Below are positions 17,279 to 25,502 of a stretch of 28,524 nucleotides of DNA, piece by piece. Position numbers and translations under genes: made by a program. The DNA is taken from contig JBHIAH010000027.1 of assembly GCA_046758505.1 (NCBI GenBank), positions 1-28,524 on the forward strand, read 5' to 3'. Below the pieces are notes generated by a model, which worked only from the letters and a program-made list of their open reading frames with translations, ran no database searches and was not told where the DNA came from. Source of the DNA: Candidatus Methylomirabilales bacterium (GTDB taxonomy: Bacteria; Methylomirabilota; Methylomirabilia; Methylomirabilales; CSP1-5). How positions within the stretch are numbered: position 1 is the stretch's first letter; each line of letters starts with the position of its first letter.

Positions 17279-17707
17279 GACGTCGCGTCACCTCGGTCCT
17301 GCTCAGATCCCAAAAGCAAAACGCCCCCTTGGGCTATGCTCCGCCCGAGAAGGCGTCTGAGTTTGTGGTACACCAACGATTGTGCCAGAGGTGGGCCGGG
17401 GCCTATCGTCACCCCGGTTTCACTGTACTCCCTTTGGGGAGCCTACCTCTCCCCGTGCGACCACGTGGAGGGTCGCCAAGAAACGGCTTCTTTTGTTACT
17501 AAAGCTGTGACAACGCAAAGGCGCGTGCAATGACAGGGGGCAGCCATTCGCATGATGTGGGTCAGTTCAAGTGGGAAGATGGGAAGCCAGGGGACTGCTA
17601 AGTCGGTTGCGGATAGGTTGCGCTCTGGATTCACGAAGGGGGACGTTTTGCCGCGTGCTGCCCACCTAACTGCTTGAACTTATTGATGCTACACCTCCTT
17701 GCGCAGA

Positions 17708-17797
17708 ATTCGTAATCAGCAGGTCAGGCGTTCAACCCCTCGCGCCGGCTCCACCCGAATGGAGTGGTCCCGCCCGCTCGGCCAGGGATTGATCCCT
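17708..17797 (+). repeat. attR-like copy of the tRNA-Thr 3' half plus trailer
   Basis: ATTCGTAATCAGCAGGTCAGG.GTTCAACCC....CGCCGGCTCCAC, 10 divergent nt, then TGGTCCCGCCCGCTCGGCCAGGGA.TGATCCCT, matching 16109-16198. Confidence 0.92.
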
Positions 17798-17844
17798 CCC
17801 CCCTTAACTCGGTGGCCGTTCCTTCGGGCCTACCTCACCCGCCA

Positions 17845-17873
17845 TTGTAATTTCATTCACCTGGTGTTATAAA
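17845..17873 (+). promoter_or_regulatory. sigma-70 promoter candidate
   Basis: TTGTAA-N17-TATAAA with extended TG, upstream of ORF 17930. Confidence 0.5.
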
Positions 17874-17929
17874 GGCTCAAGCGGGGCGGATGGCCGCCGC
17901 GTCGGTGGTCATACTGGGGGGGCAGGAAA

Positions 17930-18307
17930 GTGGAGTTTCTGACGCTGAAAGAAGCCATCGATGAGGTCGAGCGGATTCTTGTCAAGCAGCGTAAGACCAG
18001 AGAGGATATTGAACGCGCCCAAAGGTGTATACAATCGGCGCGGGAATTTTTGGTGTTCGACCGAAAAGGATTGGCGAGCCCGCCTGTGATTTGCGGGGAC
18101 ACACTGGAGCTGCACGATGACGGTACCATCTCGTGCCTGGCGTCGCGCAGGGTCCTGCACGCTTCCATGGACGAACCTGGCGGCGCCGCCCAGAAGCCTG
18201 CGAGTGGCTTGAGTTATGATGATCAGGTGATGTTTTGCGAGAGCTGTCAGAAAAAATGCGCCGACACATTGGCGCGCCTTGAAGAGGAATTGAAGCGTGT
18301 ACGTTAA
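17930..18307 (+). CDS. Cys-containing hypothetical protein
   Basis: 125 aa, protein-like composition, CESCQKKC motif, purine-rich RBS and promoter upstream. Confidence 0.7.
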   Translation: MEFLTLKEAIDEVERILVKQRKTREDIERAQRCIQSAREFLVFDRKGLASPPVICGDTLELHDDGTISCLASRRVLHASMDEPGGAAQKPASGLSYDDQVMFCESCQKKCADTLARLEEELKRVR

Positions 18308-18723
18308 ATCAATCGTCCTCCACGGTTGCGGGCTCGTGTTTGTCTCTTCGCCCTGGTATTCAAAAAAAGACCTTCGTGAATGACGGCAAAAGAAAATCCA
18401 TGTTGAGAAACATGCATTCAGTTTTGGCTATGGACCCCTAACCTATGGAACCGGGGTGGGCCTAACAATTAGGAGCCCACCTCCGCCCAACTTCCTGGCC
18501 CATCAGACAATTCCGAGCCTTGTTGTTAGATACCAAAGCCTAGGCCCATTCATTTACTCCCCTCACCTTGCCTGTTGCTCCCATTGCACTGGGACTTCCT
18601 CGGCCCAGGTCCGGAGTTTCAGGAGCTGATCGCGATATCCACCGATATGGCGATGAGGTGGACTCAAGAGGAAAGGTGTGCCCCCCTCCCTCCCTCCCTT
18701 CCCACATCGCGTCCGCCCCCCAT

Positions 18724-18739
18724 TGGCACTGATCTTGCT
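18724..18739 (+). promoter_or_regulatory. sigma-54 promoter of the histidine kinase operon
   Basis: TGGCAC-TGATC-TTGCT, exact consensus. Confidence 0.85.
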
Positions 18740-18885
18740 GTACACTTCTTGAGGCGCGCCGGCAGAACGCTGTGAAAGTAGGGGTCTTTCGGGTCGTATT
18801 GGTGCGATCCAGGAGGATCCCGAGAACCTCATCCCGGATCTCACACGGGGGGTGTTGGCGCGGTCGTAAGGAAACCGGAGCATCC

Positions 18886-21800
18886 ATGGGTGAATCTGAG
18901 GGTACGGCGGACCAGAGGAGCGGACCGCCACGGGGGGGAATGACGGTGCGAGGCGTCGCGGAGAACGTATCGAGGAATCGGGCACTCGTGCTTCTGCGCT
19001 ACACGCTCGTCATCGCGATGGCCTACCTGCTGCTGGTTGAGTACGATTTTTCGTCTCTCCCCACTGGCCTCATCCTGGTGATCGTCATCGCCGTCATCTC
19101 GAACGTGGTGATCATGCGGCTTCCCCCGCGGATCACCAACTCAACACCCTTTAACGCCAGTATTATCGTTGGCGACACCGTGTGGATCTCGGCGGTTTTT
19201 CTGTACAGCGGTCTCTTTCGCCCCGAATTCTTTTATCTGTATTTCTTCGTGCTCTTCCTGGCGGCAGTTGGGGAGAGCCTGGGACTGATCGCCGTGGGTG
19301 CGATCGTCGTGTGTGCCGCGTACATTGCCGTCCTCTCCGCGACGGGCCAGATCGCGACGCTCTCGAGCTCGCGCGTGTTGATCCGCATTCCGTTTCTCTT
19401 CACGGCTGCCGTGTTCTATGGATACCTCGTCGACGAGATACGCCGCGAGCGACAGCGGGCGCGCGAGGAGACGGACAGGGTGGGGCGTCTGGAGGAAATT
19501 CGGCAGAGACTCGCTGACCACGCGCTGCAATTGGAGCAGGCGAATGAGGATATAGGACGCGAAATTTCCGACCGCAAGGGGGTGGAGGAGACGCTCCGAG
19601 AAAAGAACGAAACCCTCCAGGCGGTGGTTCGCGCTTCGCCAGCGGGGATCATCACCCTCGATCGCGAGGGCCGCATCAAGATGTGGAACCCCGCCGCCGA
19701 GCGAATCTTTGGGTGGAGTGCGCAGGAGGTCCTTGACCGCTTTCCACCCTTCGTGCCCGAGGACAGACAGGAAGAGTTCCAGATGTTGCGCGGGCAGATC
19801 ATGCAGGGCGCGGCACTCACGGGTGTCGAGGTACGTCGGCAGAAGAAGGATGGCTCACCAATCGATGTGAGCCTCTCCACTGCAACTCTGCACGACGCCA
19901 ACGCCAATATTATTGGTATAGTGGCCGTTGTGACCGACATTACCGAGCGCAAGCGGCGCGACGATGAGTTTCGGGAGATGAGGCAGTACCTTACCCGGCT
20001 GATCGAGGGCTCAACCGACGCGATCATCTCAACGAGTAAAGACGGAAATGTAGTCCTCTTCAACAAGGGGGCCGAGATCCTGTTAGGTTACCAGCGGGAG
20101 GAGGTCATCGGGCGCCATGTGACGGTCATATACGAGAGCGAAGCGCGGGCCAAAGAGATAATTCGTCAGATGCGCCAGCATGGGGGCAGCATCGCTGGAT
20201 TTGAGACTGTCCTTCGAGCGAAAGACGGCGTCCGCATCCCCGTGCTGATCTCGGCCTCCATTCTCTTCGACGCAGAGGGTCAGGAAGCCGGGTCCGTAGG
20301 GTTTAGCAAGGACCTGCGTGAACGCAAGCTAGCAGAGCAGACTTTGCAGACGGCGAAGGAGTATGCCGAAAACCTCATTGGCAGCTCCCTCGACATAATC
20401 GTTTCCGTCGACGCCAACCGGCACATCGTGGAATTCAACCCGGCCGCGGAACAGACCTTCGGATACCCCAAAGCCGAAGTGTTAGGGAGGCCTGCTGACT
20501 TCCTCTATGCAGACCCGTCCGAGTGCGCCCGTGTGAGCGACAGTCTGAAGAAATATGCTCATTTTGCTGGCGAGGTGAGGAACAGGCGCAAAAACGGGGA
20601 GATCTTTCACTCGTATCTCTCTGCGTCGGTGATGCGTGATGCGAACGGCGGGGTGATGGGGCAGATGGGCATCTCCCGCGACATCACCGAGCAGAAGCGT
20701 GCGGAAGAAGCGCTGCGGTGGCTGGCAAAAGCTGTAGAGACGATGGAACTCGGTGTCACGATCAGCGACACCGAGGGAAACATTGTGTATACGAATCCCG
20801 CCGATGCCAGTATGCATGGATATACGGTCGAGGAACTGATCGGGAAGGATGTTCGAATTTTTGCCCCCACTGGGCTCCGGAAACCTATGCCTTTGGAAGA
20901 GATGAACAAAATTGATGGCTGGAGACGGGAAACTGTCAACATCCGCAAAGACGAAACCACTTTCCCTGTCCAGCTCATCTCCGGTCCCGTCACAAACGCC
21001 GCCGGAGAGACCATCGGTATCGCTACAATTTCTGAAGATATCACCGAGCGCAAGTGGGCGGAGGAGGCGCTGCGAGCGCAGGCGCGCGAGCTCGCCACCA
21101 AGAGCGAACGCTTGGGAGCCCTGGGCAAATTGAGTCACACGCTGGTCTCTAGCCTGGACCCCCAGCATGTCTTCAACGCTATCACCGAGGCAGCGACCCA
21201 GCTCTTCGAGGACTCGGTGGCAAATCTCTGGCTCATCGAGAGGGATGGGGAGACGCTCACCCTTCAGGCCGACATCGCTCGAAGATCCCGCTTCAGGCGG
21301 TACACGAGAATTCCGGTGGGGCAAGGTTTGGTGGGCTGGATTGCCCGGGAGAAGAGGCGCCTCCTTCTCGACGATATCCAGAAAGACCCTAGGGCGAAGA
21401 ACATGGATTTTCACAGTGCTGAGAGCATGCATGCCACCATGGGCGTGCCTCTGCTCGTCGGCGAGAAATGCCTGGGAAGCCTGACTGTGAGCCGGCGCTC
21501 GTTGAAAGCCTTCGATGAAGAAGACCTGGACCTACTGAGTGCCCTTGCCGCCCATGCGGTGATCGCCATCGGGAACGCTCGCCACATGCACGAGGCAAAG
21601 GCGAGGGCCCGGAGACTCCGTATACTCAGCGACGTGACCCGATTGATTACCTCCTCCCTTGACCATCAGGAGGTCATGAACTCCATCGTCAAGGCGGCGG
21701 CTGAAGTCCTTGAGGCTGAGCTGGTCCGGCTCTGGGTCGGGGACGAAACGACACAGGCGCTGCATCTCCAGGTAAGCCATGGGAGCGAAAACCTGGCAGC

Positions 21801-23022
21801 CACGCCGTACCTGCGGATCGGCAAGGGGCAGGGGGTCATCGGGGCCATCTGGGAGACCGGCGAGCCGGCCTTCATCCCAGACCTCCGGAGAGAGCCCCGC
21901 TGGCTGAACACCACCCTCTTGGAGCGCACCGGGCTCCGCTCCTTTGCCGGGCTGCCCCTCACAATCGAGGACAGGGTGATCGGAGTCCTCTCCCTCCTCT
22001 CCCGGCACTACCGGGTCTTAAGCGCGGAAGAGCGCGAGGTCATGGAGCTCTTCGCCCACCAGGCTGCAATCAGCCTGAACAAAACATCCCTCTACCGCGA
22101 GATGGCCCAGCAAAAGGAATATCTCGAGGAGACGGTCATTAGGCGCGAGCGTGCTGAAGAAGAATTACGAACCGCCCAGCTCCAACTGATTCAGAGCGCG
22201 AAATTTGAATCGGTGGGCCAGCTAGCCGCTGGCGTCGCGCATGAGGTCAAGAACCCCTTGCACATCATCCAGCAGGGTCTTGCGTATCTCGCGCGCGCTT
22301 CCCTGACACCGGAAGACGATAAGGTGGATGTGATCCTGGAAAGAATGGATAACGCGGTGAAAAGAGCAGATCGGGTGATCTTGGGATTGTTGGATTTTTC
22401 TGTGTCAAGTGCCATCGACCTGTCGCCTGCAGAGCTGAATGCCGCGGTGGAGGATTCCCTGTTGCTGGTGAGACACGAGTTGGTCAAGGCGCACGTCACC
22501 ATGGTCACAGAGCTGGGGGAGGATCTCCCTCTGATCAAGCTGGATCGGCAAAAGATCGGGCAAGTCTTTGTCAACCTCTTTATGAATGCCATCCAGGCTA
22601 TGCCCGCAGGGGGAACGCTCACCGTCCGAACGTACGCGAAGGAGTTGACCGAGTTCGGCCGCGATGTCGGCCACCGGAAGACCGGCCAGTTGCAAATGGG
22701 ACAGATCACTGTCGTGGCCGAAGTCGAAGATACCGGAACCGGCATCCCCCCCGAGAAGCTCGGTCGGGTCTTCGACCCATTTTTTACGACCAAACCGATC
22801 GGAGAGGGCACCGGGTTAGGATTAAGTGTGACGCGGAAAATTATCGAATTGCACGGGGGGACGATTGACATCACAAATCGAGAGGAGGGGGGGGTACGGG
22901 TCACGCTCACGTTCAGAGCTGGGGGGGGCCGGGACGATGCGAAGAAAACGGATCCCCTTGATCAACGACGAACCGGAGTGTACCAGGCGAAAACCCGGGC
23001 TGATGCGGCGAGAGAGGGATGA
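18886..23022 (+). CDS. membrane sensor histidine kinase (multi-TM, 4 PAS, 2 GAF, HisKA, HATPase)
   Basis: ~6 TM helices; four PAS/PAC units ending DITERK/DLRERK/DITEQK/DITERK; two GAFs (G.GLVG/G.GVIG..PL); AHEVKNPL, NAIQAM, DTGTG, FDPFFTTK, GTGLGL. Start ATG 18886 chosen by GGAG RBS. Confidence 0.93.
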   Translation: MGESEGTADQRSGPPRGGMTVRGVAENVSRNRALVLLRYTLVIAMAYLLLVEYDFSSLPTGLILVIVIAVISNVVIMRLPPRITNSTPFNASIIVGDTVWISAVFLYSGLFRPEFFYLYFFVLFLAAVGESLGLIAVGAIVVCAAYIAVLSATGQIATLSSSRVLIRIPFLFTAAVFYGYLVDEIRRERQRAREETDRVGRLEEIRQRLADHALQLEQANEDIGREISDRKGVEETLREKNETLQAVVRASPAGIITLDREGRIKMWNPAAERIFGWSAQEVLDRFPPFVPEDRQEEFQMLRGQIMQGAALTGVEVRRQKKDGSPIDVSLSTATLHDANANIIGIVAVVTDITERKRRDDEFREMRQYLTRLIEGSTDAIISTSKDGNVVLFNKGAEILLGYQREEVIGRHVTVIYESEARAKEIIRQMRQHGGSIAGFETVLRAKDGVRIPVLISASILFDAEGQEAGSVGFSKDLRERKLAEQTLQTAKEYAENLIGSSLDIIVSVDANRHIVEFNPAAEQTFGYPKAEVLGRPADFLYADPSECARVSDSLKKYAHFAGEVRNRRKNGEIFHSYLSASVMRDANGGVMGQMGISRDITEQKRAEEALRWLAKAVETMELGVTISDTEGNIVYTNPADASMHGYTVEELIGKDVRIFAPTGLRKPMPLEEMNKIDGWRRETVNIRKDETTFPVQLISGPVTNAAGETIGIATISEDITERKWAEEALRAQARELATKSERLGALGKLSHTLVSSLDPQHVFNAITEAATQLFEDSVANLWLIERDGETLTLQADIARRSRFRRYTRIPVGQGLVGWIAREKRRLLLDDIQKDPRAKNMDFHSAESMHATMGVPLLVGEKCLGSLTVSRRSLKAFDEEDLDLLSALAAHAVIAIGNARHMHEAKARARRLRILSDVTRLITSSLDHQEVMNSIVKAAAEVLEAELVRLWVGDETTQALHLQVSHGSENLAATPYLRIGKGQGVIGAIWETGEPAFIPDLRREPRWLNTTLLERTGLRSFAGLPLTIEDRVIGVLSLLSRHYRVLSAEEREVMELFAHQAAISLNKTSLYREMAQQKEYLEETVIRRERAEEELRTAQLQLIQSAKFESVGQLAAGVAHEVKNPLHIIQQGLAYLARASLTPEDDKVDVILERMDNAVKRADRVILGLLDFSVSSAIDLSPAELNAAVEDSLLLVRHELVKAHVTMVTELGEDLPLIKLDRQKIGQVFVNLFMNAIQAMPAGGTLTVRTYAKELTEFGRDVGHRKTGQLQMGQITVVAEVEDTGTGIPPEKLGRVFDPFFTTKPIGEGTGLGLSVTRKIIELHGGTIDITNREEGGVRVTLTFRAGGGRDDAKKTDPLDQRRTGVYQAKTRADAAREG

Positions 23023-23056
23023 CGTCATAAGACACAATAGAGTGCGAGCCCAGTAA
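22937..23056 (+). pseudogene. decayed N-terminal remnant of a response regulator gene
   Basis: MRRKRIPLINDEPECT aligns with the intact neighbour MSKKRILIIDDEEDCC, also at nucleotide level (AAACGGATCC..ATC.ACGACGA). Confidence 0.65.
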
Positions 23057-23109
23057 AACTGATGTAATCGTTCGGGATGTCTCTAGGAACAGAAGAGGAG
23101 GAACGCGAC

Positions 23110-23475
23110 ATGTCGAAGAAACGGATCCTGATTATCGACGACGAGGAAGATTGCTGCACGATGTTGAAGTTCAATATCGAAGCCACCAGGGAATACGAAG
23201 CGTTGATGGCCACGAGCGGGGGGGCTGGCCTTGAGCTCGTCAAGACCCACAAACCGGATCTGGTCCTGCTCGACATTATGATGCCGGGCACGGACGGGAT
23301 TGAAACCCTGAAGCGGATCAAGGAAACCGCCCCCAATCTTCCGGTCGCGATGGTCACAGCGGTCTACAATGAAACGGAAGCGAAAAAGTGCTTTGACGCG
23401 GGAGCGTACGAGTACATCACGAAACCGGTAGATTTCGAGTACCTCAACACCGCCCTGTTGGTGAAGCTCTTCTAG
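23110..23475 (+). CDS. single-domain response regulator (receiver)
   Basis: ILIIDDE, LLDIMMPG (phospho-Asp), MVTA, ITKP; RBS GAGGAGG. Confidence 0.95.
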   Translation: MSKKRILIIDDEEDCCTMLKFNIEATREYEALMATSGGAGLELVKTHKPDLVLLDIMMPGTDGIETLKRIKETAPNLPVAMVTAVYNETEAKKCFDAGAYEYITKPVDFEYLNTALLVKLF

Positions 23476-23810
23476 TGGGATACGATTAGTGATCGGGTCT
23501 TGACAACGGCCATCTTATCGTTCGAAGGGCCCCTGCCTGATCGTCGCGGGCGCCTTCGCGCGTTCCTCATCCGCCCTCACCAAGTTCTGCCGTACACCCT
23601 CTCTCGTCGGACCTGCCTGGTGTCCGATTTCTGTACAGTCTGCCTTGACCCATATCCCTCCTTGTCAGCCTCTCGGATCTAACGGGGAAAAATCATCGGC
23701 ACCAGCGGCTAGCGTCAAATATGCCGAAAAATCAGTTTTGGCGGTGAGTTATGCGCCGTGGTGGAGGTGTCGAGTGACAGACCGGACCCGGGCACCGCGG
23801 GACGGGGAGG

Positions 23811-23826
23811 TGGCCTTGCCTTTGCA
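23811..23826 (+). promoter_or_regulatory. sigma-54 promoter candidate
   Basis: TGGCCT-TGCCT-TTGCA; TGT-N11-ACA-type palindrome at 23621-23637 upstream. Confidence 0.6.
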
Positions 23827-23973
23827 ATATGTACGGATGACGGGACAGATCCGGTGGCTCCCCACGGGGGGCATTCAGAGCTGCAAGCGTTCGGAGAATG
23901 AGAGACAAAGGAATGGTTGGCTTGCAAGAGGAGGCTAAACCGGCGATGGTCCCCAAAACGCTGCCTTGTGGAA

Positions 23974-24381
23974 ATGGCGAGCACACACAGAACACAAAAC
24001 AAAAACCAGGCCGGTTTTCTGGTAAATCCGTACCGGCTTCTCCGTCCTGGTGCTCTGTCCCCGCTGCATTGGGGGGAGGCCTTCAGACGACTCACCCTCG
24101 TGACCTTGCTCTTGGTAGCTGTCGGCTGTGCGACGGCCCCCGTCGCGCGATACCGGGAGGAGCACGACGTTCGCATTAAGGTCGTGTACCTGGACAGAGA
24201 CAGTATGCGTGAGGAGTACGAGGGACTCTCCATGCTCCCCGCGGTCGTTGGGGGACGGGAGGTCAGGGCGTTCTTCGACCCCAAGACGAGCACCCTCTAC
24301 TGTCAGAAATGGGACTTCAAGTACTGTGGGCACGAGCTGCATCATGCGACGGACGGCGCCTGGCACTCCTCGGATCAGTAA
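23974..24381 (+). CDS. small lipoprotein with HExxH motif (start uncertain)
   Basis: RRLTLVTLLLVAVGC lipobox; RAFFDPKTSTLY strand; HELHH. Confidence 0.7.
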   Translation: MASTHRTQNKNQAGFLVNPYRLLRPGALSPLHWGEAFRRLTLVTLLLVAVGCATAPVARYREEHDVRIKVVYLDRDSMREEYEGLSMLPAVVGGREVRAFFDPKTSTLYCQKWDFKYCGHELHHATDGAWHSSDQ

Positions 24382-24482
24382 TTGGGGGGGAGGCCTCCTA
24401 TCTCGTCTATCACCCGCCTTGGATCGAGAGGCACGATTTCCCCTGCGCATGCACGGGTGATCTTTCCAACTGTTATCGGCAC

Positions 24483-24511
24483 TTGACACTCCTTTCCTAA
24501 CGAGAGATACT
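24483..24511 (+). promoter_or_regulatory. sigma-70 promoter
   Basis: TTGACA-N17-GATACT (same hexamers as 16564-16592). Confidence 0.65.
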
Positions 24512-24606
24512 AAGAAACTTTTTCGGTGGGAGAGACAGGGGTTGAACCGGGGTCAAGATAATCCCTCGTCCACCTCTGGCACATCCGCTGGCGCGGCCCA
24601 ACATCG

Positions 24607-24649
24607 GACGCCTTCTCGGGATCGGTATGACCCGGGAGGGCGTTTTGTT
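24607..24649 (+). terminator. intrinsic terminator-like hairpin in the leader of the GAF gene
   Basis: GACGCCTTCTCGGG-N10-CCCGGGAGGGCGTT, 14-bp stem with G-U pairs, then TTGTT. Confidence 0.55.
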
Positions 24650-24757
24650 CCTCGGCAGTGGAACTTCCGAGGCCCACACGTGCGAGAGGCAGGACAAAAT
24701 GGTTGACCCCTGAGGCGCCTATCTGTCACTGCAAATGAAAGACGTGGGGGAGGAGCG

Positions 24758-25423
24758 ATGCAGCCAAGGGTGATCGAAGAGGCGGCGGTCGTCGATCGCC
24801 GGTTTGGGCCGGAGCGTCGACGGGAGGAAGGGCGGCACACCCTCGAGCGGCGGGGTCTTATCAGGCGGGTGGCCGACCGGGTCCCTCAGGAGATCCGGCG
24901 GGACCTCGAGGGCTGGCAGAGGGCACTCCTGCCGCCCGAGGAGCTCTTCGAGCACCTCATGGATCGGCTTGCGGCTTCCCTGGCCCACGCGTTTACCGTG
25001 CGACGTGACGAGGTGGCTGTACTCCTCCTGAAGGATCACGGGCAGTTGCTTCGGTTTGCGTACCCCCTCCCACTGTACGCGGGGAGGACAAATTTGTTTC
25101 CGGTGCGAACCTCGAGCATTGCCGGAAAGGTCCTCCTGTCCGGGAGGGGGCGGATCGACAACGACGTCGCTCAGATCCGACATCTGGAGATCTACGAGCG
25201 GATCCGCGGGACGGAGAAGCGGGCGCTGGAGATCCAGAAGATGGTCACCGTCCCCCTGCTCCTTCCCGCGGGGCAAGCCCTTGGGGTCTTGCAGGTGAGC
25301 CGGCGCGGGCGATCCTCGAAAGAGGTGGGGGCGGATTTCCCCCCTTTTGACCTCTTGAAGCTGAAGGATCTGAGCCGGGAGTTGGCCCCGGATATCCACC
25401 GAGTCATCCCGGCTGGTTTCTGA
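24758..25423 (+). CDS. stand-alone GAF domain protein
   Basis: EVAVLLL...LRF, SSIAGKV, MVTVPL...LGVLQVSRR...F...DL..L; RBS GGAGGAG. Confidence 0.8.
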   Translation: MQPRVIEEAAVVDRRFGPERRREEGRHTLERRGLIRRVADRVPQEIRRDLEGWQRALLPPEELFEHLMDRLAASLAHAFTVRRDEVAVLLLKDHGQLLRFAYPLPLYAGRTNLFPVRTSSIAGKVLLSGRGRIDNDVAQIRHLEIYERIRGTEKRALEIQKMVTVPLLLPAGQALGVLQVSRRGRSSKEVGADFPPFDLLKLKDLSRELAPDIHRVIPAGF

Positions 25424-25502
25424 GGGCTCCCCGGGAATTGCCGGTGCGCCGCGTCGAGTTCTGCTCCGCGAGAGGTCACCGCACTCTGCGTGGAGGCGGG
25501 TG

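Larger units (their letters stand above)
16109..17797. mobile_element. small integrase-less genomic island inserted at tRNA-Thr
   Basis: 90-bp imperfect direct repeat (16109-16198 vs 17708-17797), tandem GGTTGC-type motifs near both ends, visibly more AT-rich cargo. Confidence 0.75.

Noticed and set aside
17372..17387. sigma-54-like TGGCAC-AATCG-TTGGT upstream of the island methyltransferase (minus strand)
   Set aside because: The -12 position is GG rather than GC; possibly decayed, not called
16109..17797. CRISPR-like repeat-spacer reading of the duplicated segments
   Set aside because: Only two copies 1.6 kb apart, derived from a tRNA; no cas genes
23998..24030. KNQAG|F resembling a prepilin cleavage site in the lipoprotein N-region
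   Set aside because: Not followed by a hydrophobic helix or Glu5
24577..24592. TGGCAC motif in the structured leader
   Set aside because: The GC falls 11 nt rather than 10 nt after GG; sigma-54 spacing is strict
24410..24600. 6S RNA resemblance (CCCCTG...TTGAACC..GGTCAAG)
   Set aside because: Could not build the long closing stem with a two-sided central bubble; a sigma-70 promoter lies in the middle. A covariance search would settle it.
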